The translations under genes were made by a program, and so were the position numbers. From the human T2T-CHM13v2.0 reference genome, Homo sapiens: DNA of 64,000 nt. The stretch's first letter is position 1. Each line of letters starts with the position of its first letter. The stretch lies in assembly GCF_009914755.1 (NCBI RefSeq), contig NC_060936.1; one strand, written 5' to 3'. This document shows, in pieces, positions 30,190-56,490 of this stretch. The notes under the pieces were generated by a model. It was not told the DNA's origin. It made no database searches and saw nothing but the letters and a program-made list of their open reading frames with translations.

Positions 30190-30415
30190 CTCAGCCCCCC
30201 AAAGTGCTGGGAGTGCGGATGTGAGCCCCCCAAAGTGCTGGGATTGCGAGTGTGAGCCTCCCAAAGTGCTGGGATTGCAGGTGTGAGCCCCCCAAAGTGC
30301 TGGGATTATAGGTGTGAGCCCCCCAAAGTGCTGGGATTGCAGGTGTGAGCCCCCCAAAGTGCTGGGATTATAGGTGTGAGCCTCCCAAAGTTCTGGGATT
30401 GCAGGTGTGAGCCAC
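30190..30415 (-). repeat. Alu-derived 31-bp minisatellite, 7 copies, within the Alu at 29943-30425
   Basis: AAAGTGCTGGGA-type unit starts at 30201, 30232, 30263, 30294, 30325, 30356, 30387. Confidence 0.95.
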
Positions 30416-30721
30416 TGCACGCCTATCATACTTTCCTGATCATAATTTGCTTGCATGATTTTTCTTTTTTTTTTTTTGAGTGATTTTTCAAGATGTGGCT
30501 GTTAACCTGAAGAACTTCCTCCTTAGCCCACAGGAAACAGCAAACAGCACAGTGGTCAAGAATGTTGGCTCTAGAACTGGCTCCAGGGGTTTAAATCCCA
30601 GCCCCGGCACATACAGCTTCCCCAAAGTCCCATAGTCAATGTCAATGATTTGTAAATGCTATTTATAAAGTGTCTTTATTCACTGCTATATCCTCAAAGC
30701 CTCACATAATGACTAACCTAG

Positions 30722-30877
<156 letters not shown>

Positions 30878-31084
30878 TGAGTAGCTAGGATTACAGGCGT
30901 GTGCCACCACCCCTGGCTAATTTTTGTTATTTTTAGTAGAGACAGGGTTTCACCATGTTGGCCAGGCTGGTCTCAAACTCCTAGCCTCAAGTGATCCACC
31001 CGCCTCGGCCTCCCAAAGTGCTGGGATTACAGGTGTGAGCCACCGCACCTGGCCCCAGAGTTTTTATAAAATAAAGCCACAAAT

Positions 31085-31250
31085 ACTAAAAGAGGGACAG
31101 TCTACAAAATGCCTGAACAGATCTCCTCAAAACTGTCAAGGTCATCAAAACAAGGAAAGTCTAAGAAACTATGGCAGCTAAGAGAAGACTGATGAGACTA
31201 AATGTAATATTGTACCTTGGGTGGGATCCTAGAACAGAAAAAAAAGTAAA
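31085..31250 (+). mobile_element. L1MC4-like fragment between Alus (30750-31055 minus; 31265-31572 plus)
   Basis: CTCCTCAAAACTGTCAAGGTCATCAAAACAAGGAAAGTCT...GATCCTAGAACAGAAAA. Confidence 0.7.
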
Positions 31251-31327
31251 AATGGTTTAACTCTGGCCAGTTGCGGTGGCTCACGCCTGTAATCCCAGCA
31301 CTTTGGGAGGCCAAGGCGGGTGGATCA

Positions 31328-31594
<267 letters not shown>

Positions 31595-31739
31595 TCATTA
31601 AGAACAAATGAGCTTTCCAGAAATACACTCAGGTTTAGCCAGAGACCTCCCATTCCCCCCTGCATGTGGGCCCCAAATGGCTGGGGGAGAAGACCGTCAC
31701 TTCCACAGGACATTTCAGCCACTTAGTCCAATCCCAAAC

Positions 31740-32045
31740 TCTAGGATTGGGTAACAAATTCAAGATGTAACCGGACTGGAACAATAGGGAACGGTGAGGC
31801 CTGTGACAAACTGGAAAACACATGGCCCATTTAAAAAGGGGCAAGGCTACCCAACTCCAGCTTACCTCCTATGGGGATGAAAAGCCCACCAGATCTTTAA
31901 TTTTTCAGAAGAAATCAAAGATGCAGAGTTTTATTTGAAATCTCTGCATTTTTAAATGTTAACAACTAACTAAAACTTTAAAAAACCCACTGTGAGTGAA
32001 ACATCTGTGTGCTGGTTTGGCCCATGGGCCACCAATTTGCAAAGA
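31740..32045. mobile_element. MER102-like hAT-Charlie fragment
   Basis: GAAATCTCTGCATTTTTAAATGTTAACAACTAA...TTTGGCCCATGGGCCACCAATTTGC. Confidence 0.45.
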
Positions 32046-32286
32046 TGGCTCTGCATATGACTGAAAGTAATGCCCACCCCCCTTTGTTTTCTTTGAGTTT
32101 CCTTCTTAAATGTCTTACGATTTCTTGTCATTTCAATATCAGATTGGAGTCTAACTCACAAGCATTGAGGTAGAGGCCTCTTTAGAGGGATATTTAGTTA
32201 CAAAAAGTTATTACTGCAGTTCTAAGTACTAGACATAATTAACAAATTAATAATAATAAATAATACATTTTTAAAGACTCTTTTAA

Positions 32287-33410
<1,124 letters not shown>

Positions 33411-33512
33411 TTATTTAATAATAATTAAAAATAAAAAGAATTTTCCCCAAGTGCCCTGAGCCCAGGATCTCACACTCATACCTCCCGTTTCCCTCTGTGT
33501 GTGGCCCCCCTG

Positions 33513-33531
33513 CGGCCACCAGGGGGCGCCC
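33513..33531 (+). promoter_or_regulatory. Consensus CTCF binding motif
   Basis: CGGCCACCAGGGGGCGCCC: exact match to the core CCASYAGRKGGCRS, in unique sequence. Confidence 0.75.
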
Positions 33532-34234
33532 TGGGCTCTGTCCCTCAGGGAAGAATTTTCATTTGTGTATGACAGGCTCCGGGAAAAGAAGATTATTCTA
33601 ATTGGAGATTTCATCTCTGAGAAATAGGTTGTGCTGGAGGGAATCATGTCACTGGCTTCCCTAGGCCCTGCTTGAATTTATACACTCCCTGGGGCTCTCG
33701 GCAGCACAGATATAAGGAAGGCTGGGTGCCCTCACCAGCTCAGCCCCCTAAGGGTTACACCTTACACGCCCGTCCCCTCCGAAAGTCCAGGGCAGGTTTT
33801 CGAAGAGAAAGATCCAACCGTGGGACCCTTTGTGCGGGAAACTGCCCCGTACTGGACCTGACGAGATAACCACAGACAAGGGATGGCTGGGCCTGGGCGG
33901 CCCTTTATGCCAACTTCTCTCAAAGAGATAATTAGTTAACAATGGATTCGGGTCCCACTGCTTCCTAGGCTGGGGCTTTAATAATCAGAAACTCCCTCCA
34001 TGCCATGACTAAAAATATCCCACTGTGAAAACAAGGCAGGCATCAGGGAAGAATCGCCATCCACAGGCCGGCAAAGGGAGGCGCAGCTTGGGGAACTCCT
34101 GCTCTGGGGAACCAGCACCCTCCGGGGTGCCCCCTTCTATGGGGAAAGAGACCCACCAGGCATCAACGCACCTGGGGTCTCTCAAGTACCCTCCCTCCAT
34201 CCCAGCCCCACCGTCTGTGAAAACCCATCTGAAG

Positions 34235-35385
<1,151 letters not shown>

Positions 35386-35790
35386 TTAAAAAGCCAACTG
35401 CGCTGGTGATCTGGGCTTTACACCTCACTGTTCTACATGTCAGTAAGACCCAGAAGAGGCCGCATCAATGAACAGGTGTGTTCCAGGGTCGGGAACTGAC
35501 GACCTCAAGAGAAAAAAGCTGTGAACACCTTCCACAGTCATGGGTTTCACAGGCTCGCACATTTGACCCTGCACCGGCCTGTTTTCATTCTATGGTGTCT
35601 GAAATTTTTGGCTCTAGTTTGCTGAGCTATTAAAGGCCCTGTGCTAAAGTGTCACCTCACGGAGTCCTCATGACCATGATGCTGTATTCCAAGTACTCCA
35701 TTTTACTGCATTCCTCAAGAGCATTCGGCTGGTTTACAGATGGCACAGGGATTCGGTCTAATGCAGAACTTTTGGTCTTCAAAGAACACC

Positions 35791-42805
<7,015 letters not shown>

Positions 42806-42823
42806 CACCCTCTGCAGCTCTTA

Positions 42824-43597
<774 letters not shown>

Positions 43598-43734
43598 CTA
43601 ACAATCCTAATGGTCAGTGCCTCCAGCCTCTGGAAAGGCCGTGGGGGACGCAGGTTCAGATCCCCACCCTGCTGCTTCCCGGCTGTGTGCACCCACATGG
43701 GTTGCCCCGCCTCTCTGAACACTGGCACTTTATT

Positions 43735-45215
<1,481 letters not shown>

Positions 45216-46716
45216 AAAATATAAGGCAAAGGAAACACCCTCAGAAAGCCGTGGTGCGGAGTACACAGGTATCCCTGGGCACAGGCACTGGCACACAGCA
45301 GCTCTGGATGGAGGGGGTGTCTCCCTCACGTTGCCCCTTCTCATTGGCAGATGGACTGGGAGAGCCAGAGGGAAAACAGTGGCAGGAAAACGTAAGGAAG
45401 ATGTGGGTACTGATTACCCAAGCACCACCTCGAGATTTCCTCCTGTGCCTGCGAATGGAATATTATTCTTCTGCCCTAAATGTCCAAGTGAAAGAACCAA
45501 CCCTCGGCCTTCTGGCCTGGGGACTGCAGACACTCAGAAAGCCTCTCACTCTCCCCAGCCTCTGTCTCCGGGGGATCGTGGAGTTACTGTGATCATAGCG
45601 GCTCTCACGCTATTTCAGGATCATTTCCCTTCTCTCCTACCAGGCTGGGAGCTCCAGAAGGGCAGGTTGTAGGGTTTCGGGACTTTCCAACCCCCTGAAT
45701 ATCACATCATCAGGCGGGAATGAGGCTCGCGACAGACCTCACAGGCAAAGACTTCCCAGTGAAGGCCCCAGCAGAAACACTGGTTCCCCATCATACGCCC
45801 AGCCTGGAAACCCTGAACGTCATTAAGGATGGGGCATAAGGGAAGGGATGGAAGAGGCTTACTGTAAAGGGGAAATAAAAAAAGAATCTAAAAATCCTAG
45901 AGGCTGCAGGAAAAATTGTGCAGACCCTCAAGGAGACAGACCAGTCTCATCTTTCTATCCCCTGGTTAAAAAAAAAAAGATGCAGTGTCTGAGATGCTGC
46001 AGACTCTACATCATCCAGGAAAACCCCTGCACCACAACAGCTCAGACGCAGCCGAGAGGAATCACGTTCTTCCTCTAGATTGCTGGTCGGGGCTTGCAGT
46101 CACAGCCAGATCCAACTTCAGGGCGGGCGTCTGTGAGTCAAGATTCAAGGGCAGAGCCGTGTTCGGGGGGGATGATGTCCCTTTAAGTACTGGCAGCAGG
46201 GCTGGGCGCTGCAGCGGCTCCAAACACTCTCTCCTGCTCCTCCAGGCCCGCACCACCTGCCCTGGTCACCCCTCCTGCTGCCTCAAAGACAGCCTTGGGT
46301 TTTCAGAGACTGGCTGCATCTCACAGGACTGCTCTTACATAGATAAAAACCCAACCTCCAGTGCAGGAGGAAAAATCAGCTGGTGTCCACGGAAGAGCCA
46401 AAAGAACGAGGATTCTCTGCTCTGTGGGGTGATCCCGTTTTAGCAGCCAAGCCCGGGGCGGCCCCAACCTGCATCTACACAGCCATGGGCTGGAGGCCAC
46501 ACACGTGACTCTTTTGGGGATCCGAATTCATTTTCTTGGACTCTGTATTCCAGGTGGGAAACTGGCAAGAATGGCTTCCCCTGAGGGGTTCCTAGGATTC
46601 TGCCCAATACACTGATTCAACGAATCCCCAAAACTCAGGGAGTGTCTCCAGGCCCCACTGAGAAAATGATTTCTGCCCCAGCTGTGCAGCCGAGGCCGTG
46701 GGCTCCCTCCGGTTCA

Positions 46717-46944
<228 letters not shown>

Positions 46945-48142
46945 TCACTGTCATCATCTTAGCGAGAGCATGGATGGTCGGGGGAGAAATGGTGGGGTGC
47001 TGGAAGGGAGATGCCGGCAGCATGCACAAATGAGGCGGAGGACGAGGCCCGCATGAGCGCCTCATCTCAAAGGTCCCTGAGCTGCACGCCCCAGAGGTTG
47101 GATGGGGGCCACTTGATGCTCCCGTGAGATGCAGAAAAACAGAATTCTCCCCTGACCTGCCTGCAGAGAGTGTGGGCACCTGCAGGTGGGAGCCGCTGCC
47201 TGATTCTAGCTACAACAGACATAGGTTCCTCCTTGTTTCTGAAAATTCCTGCACAGATTCTGCTGTTCCTCCCTCCTGCTTGAAAACCAGAAATCAACTT
47301 CCAAGCCTTATCTATTTGCAGACAGGTTATGGAGCCTCCTCCTGTTTGTTGGGAGGGAGGCCAGGCCAGCGGACCAATAAGAGTGAGGGGGTGTGGCCTC
47401 GCCTACCTCCAGGGGTGGGGCCTTGAAGGGGTCCATCTCCTGCTCCTCCCCACACCCGTCTGGCACTGCCCAGCCTGCAAGGCCACAAGGGCTCCCTCTG
47501 ACAGAGGTCCCAGGTATGACCTGAGACCAGCGTGATGCTGAGCTGAGGGAGACACATCTCGGGTCTGGAGCAGGAGATCCCTTTTGTCCCACCTCTGTCA
47601 CCCAGGCTGGAGTGCAGTGGCACGATCATAGCTCACTCAGCCTCGACCTCCTGGGCTCAAGCGACCCTCCTGCCTCAGCCCTGTGAGTAGCTGGGACTAC
47701 TGGCGCGCGCACCACCACGCCTGGCTGGGTTTTTTTGTATTTTTTGTAGAGATGGGGTTTGCCATGTTGCTGGTTGGCTGTTTATCATAGAAGAGGAAGT
47801 AAAGGTGGAGACAGCTTTGTGTACTAGAACTGTCAAAAGGCCTGAGCCCCGGGAGATTCCACGGGGGGCAGTTCAGGGTCTGTACAGATGAGATGTCACC
47901 GAAAGATGGGAAGGAAACAACGCCACTGATGGACCCAACACAAGGATGGAAAGAGGTCCCTGACACCCACACGGGGCCTCTCCTGCAGAGGCCACACGAT
48001 GGTCTCACATGCCCACACTCACACCTTGCTCCCTGGCTCTCTTGCCAAGAGGGTGTCTGCGGGGACGAGAAAGCCCTCCTCCCCTCCCTGATCCTATGCG
48101 AACTCAGGGAGTTGGATGGTGAACAATTACATTCTCCCACCT

Positions 48143-50700
48143 TCTAATCACACTCCCCTGCCCCTAATATCTTCACTCCCCTAATCGCACTCACCCATCC
48201 CCCCATTCACACTCTCCTAACCCCCATCACACTCCCCACCCTCCTATTCACACTCTCCACCCTCCTATTCACACTCCCCACACGCCAATCACACTCTCCA
48301 ATCCCCATCACACTCCCCACCCGCCAATCACACTCTCCAATCCCCATCACACTCCCCACCCCCTCTAATCACATTCCCCATCCCTCTAATCACACACCCC
48401 ATCCCCTCTAATCACACTCCCCACCCCCAATCACACTCCCCACCCCCCAATCACACTCCCCACCCCCCAATCACACTACCCACCCCCTCTAATCACACTC
48501 CCCACCCCCAATCACACTCCCCACCCCAATCACACTCCCCATCCCCTCTAATCACACTCCCCACCCCCAATCACACTCCCCACCCCCAATCACACTCCCC
48601 ACCCCCTCTAATCACACTCCCCACCCCCCAATCACACTCCCCACCCCCCAATCACACTCCCCACCCCCCAATCACACTCCCCACCCCCTCTAATCACACT
48701 CCCCACCCCCTCTAATCACACTCCCCACCCCAATCACACTCCCCATCCCCTCTAATCACACTCCCCACCCCCAATCACACTCCCCACCCCCTCTAATCAC
48801 ACTCCCCACCCCCCAATCACACTCCCCACCCCCTCTAATCACACTCCCCACCCCCATCACACTCCCCACCCCCAATCACACTCCCCACCCCCCAATCACA
48901 CTCCCCACCCCCTCTAATCACACTCCCCACCCCCTAATCACACTCCCCACCCCAATCACACTCCCCATCCCCTCTAATCACACTCCCCACCCCCAATCAC
49001 ACTCCCCACCCCCAATCACACTCCCCACCCCCTCTAATCACACTCCCCACCCCCTCTAATCACACTCCCCACCCCCCAATCACACTCCCCACCCCCCAAT
49101 CACACTCCCCACCCCCCAATCACACTCCCCACCCCCTCTAATCACACTCCCCACCCCCTAATCACACTCCCCACCCCCTCTAATCACACTCCCCACCCCC
49201 CAATCACACTCCCCACCCCCTCTAATCACACTCCCCACCCCCTAATCACACTCCCCACCCCAGTCACACTCCCCATCCCCTCTAATCACACTCCCCACCC
49301 CCAATCACACTCCCCACCCCCCAATCACACTCCTCACCCCCTCTAATCACACTCCCCATCCCCTAATCACACTCCCCACCCCAATCACACTCCCCATCCC
49401 CTCTAATCACACTCCCCACCCCCAATCACACTCCCCACCCCCCAATCACACTCCTCACCCCCTCTAATCACACTCCCCACCCCCTAATCACACTCCCCAC
49501 CCCAATCACACTCCCCATCCCCTCTAATCACACTCCCCACCCCCAATCACACTCCCCACCCCCCAATCACACTCCCCACCCCCTCTAATCACACTCCCCA
49601 CCCCCTAATCACACTCCCCACCCCCAATCACACTCCCCATCCCCTCTAATCACACTCCCCACCCCCAATCACACTCCCCACCCCCTCTAATCACACTCCC
49701 CACCCCCTAATCACACTCCCCACCCCAATCACACTCCCCATCCCCTCTAATCACACTCCCCACCCCCAATCACACTCCCCACCCTCCAATCACACTCCTC
49801 ACCCCCTCTAATCACACTCCCCACCCCCTAATCACACTCCCCACCCCAATCACACTCCCCATCCCCTCTAATCACACTCCCCACCCCCAATCACACTCCC
49901 CACCCCCTCTAATCACACTCCCCACCCCCCAATCACAGTCCCCATCCCCCAATCACACTCCCCATCCCCCCATCACTCCCCACCCCCCAATCACATTCCC
50001 CATCCCCCGAATCACACCCCCCACCCCCTAATCACACTCCCCACCCCCTAATCACACTCCCTATCCCCCTCTAATTACACTCCCCATCCCCCTCTAATCA
50101 CACTCCCCACCCCCAATCACACTCCCTATCCCCCTCTAATTACACTCCCCATCCCCCTCTAATCACACTCCCCACCCCCAATCACACTCCCCACCCCCAA
50201 TCACACTCCCCACCCCCTCTAATCACACTCCCCACCCCCAATCACACTCCCCACCCCCTCTAATCACACTCCCCGTCCCCCAATCACACTTCCCATCCCC
50301 CAATCACACTCCCCATCCCCTGATCACACTCCCCATCCCCCTAATCACACTCCCCACCCCCTAATCACACTCCCCACTCCCCTAATCACACTCCCCATCC
50401 CCCAATCACACTCCCCATCCCCCAATCACACTCCCCATCCCCCAATCACACTCCCCGCCCCCAATCATACTCCCCATCCCCCAATCACACTCCCCATCCC
50501 CTGATCACACTCCCCATCCCCCTAATCACACTCCCCACCCCCTCTAATTACACTCCCCATCCCCCTAATCACACTCCCCACCCCCCTGATCACACTCCCC
50601 ACCTCCAAATCGCACTCGCCACCCCCTCTAATCACACTCGCCACCCCCAACCACACTCTGCCACCCCCTAATCACACTCTCCCACCCTCCCCGAATCACA
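48143..50700. repeat. ~2.5 kb C-rich VNTR, ~19-22 bp unit (C/T)AATCACACTCCCCA(C/T)CCCC(CT), >100 copies
   Basis: Direct read; degenerate edges, homogeneous core. Confidence 0.98.
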
Positions 50701-51312
50701 CTTGCCCACCTCCACTGCCCTGCTCTCTGCTGACAATAAACAGGTGACATTCCCCATCTGGGACAAAGACAACTAGAAGCAGACCTCCGTTCTCCTTTTG
50801 CCCTAAAATGCTATTTTGCTGCATTTCTCAAAGTGCCCGTCTGGAAAAGGCCCAAACCCAGCGTCTCTGAGAGTCCTGGCTCTCACTCAGCTCCTGGCCT
50901 CAAGGCCTCCTCCCACTGCTGGGCCTCCTCTCTCCGCCTGCACACTGGGTGCTGGGCTCTGCCTGCCTCTGATGGATGGAATGCTTTGGAATGGGATCAT
51001 GGCCACCACATGCTCTTCAGCCCCCTGGGGGATGCACGGAGTGGGGACCATCATCTAGCGGTTTCCTTGGCTCCAGCTCCTTTCCTGAGAACCCCAGTTT
51101 CAGTGCTGGGAGAAGAGTCATCTTTTCTCATAGTTACTAGATCGGTGCCCTCTGGAGTTTAAAAAAGAGGGGCTCCTAGGCATGAAGCAAACCTTGATTT
51201 CCTATGAAGAAGGGTTTAGGGGACCTCAGCCCCACCTCTATTCAAGAGAAACGGACAAAAGATTTTGGAACGAATTACCAGTACTTAAAAAGCAAGCTGA
51301 GGACGGACAGAC

Positions 51313-51436
51313 CTCATCCACATTTCCTGACATGAGACTTGATTGGTAAAACTCTGAAGTCGGTTTTGACTTTTCAAATCTTTTTGACACCTTCCGAGCC
51401 ATTCTGCTCGGACACCATGACCACCTGGGAATCTTT
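51313..51436 (-). other. Candidate cryptic exon E (124 nt; alt acceptor 51424, alt donor 51279)
   Basis: CTCAATTTTTTTCCCCTAATTTAG|AAAG...GAG|GTCTGT or ...CTG|GTAATT. Confidence 0.45.
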
Positions 51437-51562
51437 CTAAATTAGGGGAAAAAAATTGAGGGGGCTGCACTTCAGGAGGGAAAGATAAGTCTCCCTTCTT
51501 TGTTGCTGAACCCAATGGAAACCAGCTGGGTGAAAACAAATGCTGATGAAGGAATTCAAATT

Positions 51563-51580
51563 TTTATTTATTTATTTATT
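51563..51580 (-). terminator. Candidate intronic polyadenylation signal cluster (4 overlapping AATAAA)
   Basis: Plus strand TTTATTTATTTATTTATT, not attached to any Alu; U-rich TTTGTTTT about 20-30 nt downstream on the minus strand. Confidence 0.35.
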
Positions 51581-51634
51581 TTTTTTTCCAAGAGAGGACT
51601 GCGGGAAACAAAAATTTGCAAAGAATTGACTTAC

Positions 51635-51686
51635 AAACAGGTTGTCGCCTTCCACCCTTCGCCTTCAAAAGGTTTCAGCCACATGC
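51635..51686 (-). other. Candidate cryptic exon D (52 nt)
   Basis: TTTAATGTCCCCAG|GCATGTGG...CTGTTT|GTAAGT. Confidence 0.5.
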
Positions 51687-51745
51687 CTGGGGACATTAAA
51701 CATACGGTTGCTCAACATTATTTGTTGACAGACTCGGAGCCTCAC

Positions 51746-52029
51746 CAAATTGAGTTAACCAACGTCAGTCCAAAACAAAAGGCAAGGCAGTCACAAGGCA
51801 TGCAATGCTCCCAGCCTGCAGGTCATCCGTCTACCAGAGGACCTCAGGGCCCACTCAGCGGCACCTGGCCTCAGCCCTTCCTCGGAGGTCCAAGTCATCT
51901 TCAAGCTGAGTGACCTCAGGAGATGACAACAAAAGGTTTCTCGAGTGTATCTAGAACTCCCAGGTCTCAAGGACTTGAAAAAGTCAAAATGTGAGAGTGG
52001 GTGGAAGTGTCCTACAATTTGTTTTTCTC
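51746..52029 (-). other. Candidate cryptic exon C (284 nt)
   Basis: Long poly-T tract then CCAG|GAG acceptor; TTG|GTGAGG donor. Confidence 0.35.
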
Positions 52030-52166
52030 CTGGAAAAAAAAAAAAAAAAAATCAATGGAAAAAAAAAAAAGTCCAATGGTAGGGGGAAGGGGAGAGGGAA
52101 GGTAAATTATTTGCAATTTCCAAATAGATTCAGTGGCTGTAAGGGAATGGGGCATGTCGGCATTAC

Positions 52167-52198
52167 CTTTTCTGGGAAGGCTGCTTTCACTAGAGCCA
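52167..52198 (-). other. Candidate microexon B (32 nt)
   Basis: TTTATCTTTCCCCCCCTCCCAG|TGGCTCTAG...AGAAAAG|GTAATG. Confidence 0.55.
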
Positions 52199-52271
52199 CT
52201 GGGAGGGGGGGAAAGATAAATAAAAGATAAATATAAGAGAGATGGCAATTTAATGATCATTTGGACCATAC

Positions 52272-52290
52272 CTATTCCCTATCAACCTAA
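52272..52290 (-). other. Candidate microexon A (19 nt; 15 nt from tandem acceptor 52286)
   Basis: TTCTTTTAACTTCAG|TTAG|GTTGATAGGGAATAG|GTATGG. Confidence 0.4.
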
Positions 52291-52629
52291 CTGAAGTTAA
52301 AAGAATGTAGTGATGATCGAGATGTTGTCTTAAGTATCAAATGCACAACATATCCACTCGTTGCTGTCACTCTTCCATCACTCTTCATAGCTTCAGGATG
52401 AGGGGAAGGGGAGATTTCATCTACAAGGGTTGGGGAATGGAAATCCACCATTCCCCAAACACCTGTATATGTTCGTGCCACCTCATGGGCAGTGACATTG
52501 CAGGATGGGGTCACCTATCATCTCGCCAGAAAAATTTAAATGGTGAAGGTAAGACACAGCTTCCTAGGGAACCCTGGGGTTCCCTAGTTTAGATAGGGGT
52601 CCCCACCTTGGGCCACAAAGGCAAATTCT

Positions 52630-55360
<2,731 letters not shown>

Positions 55361-56109
55361 AGTCTTCAGTTTTGACCCAGTTTGGGACCTGTCTTATGTG
55401 CCTAGGGACACGTGATCAAGTCCTAGCACGAGAAAGGCCATGGCAAGTTCAGGCCACTTGTCCTTTTCAGGGGACACTTGTGGAGCGAAGGACACACATC
55501 AGTTACCTAAGCCTCCGCCCATGTTCGTAGGACATGGGGTGAGTGAGGGAAACTTGACGTCTGGGAAACTAGCACCGTCCCTGTCAAGGGCAGAGAAAAG
55601 CCTCGGCCCCAGGAAACTAGAGACGTCCTCAGCAGACATGGAGACTACCTCAGAGACAGTACCCAGGGGGACTCAGGCACTGGCTTCCTCAGGCTTCCTC
55701 CCCAGTCAGATCTGGGGTCCCTGGGAGAACATATAGCCAAGACCTGACCTCAGACCAGGACAGGCCCTTCCAAGGTCCACACCCATCCTCCAAACAACAG
55801 CGACCAAATCCCCCTAATCCCTCACACCACTTTCTCCACGTGAGGAGGAAGAGGCAGGTCCCTGAAATCTCACGGTGCTTTCTCAGAGACACTTCCTCTT
55901 CCACAAGGGGGTTTTGGCTGCCCCCAACCTGGAGGTGAACAGAAACTCCAGGGCCTCCGGGTGTGGCTCCTACAGGCATTCCCCTGCCCCCCCTCCCCCG
56001 CCACAGAACCAGGACTGAAGCCAGCTTGAGAGAGGAATCGGGAGGGAGAGGGGAACTGTGGAGGACTTCAGTATGACCTGTCCCACACACCGAGCACCGG
56101 CAGAGCTCA

Positions 56110-56490
<381 letters not shown>

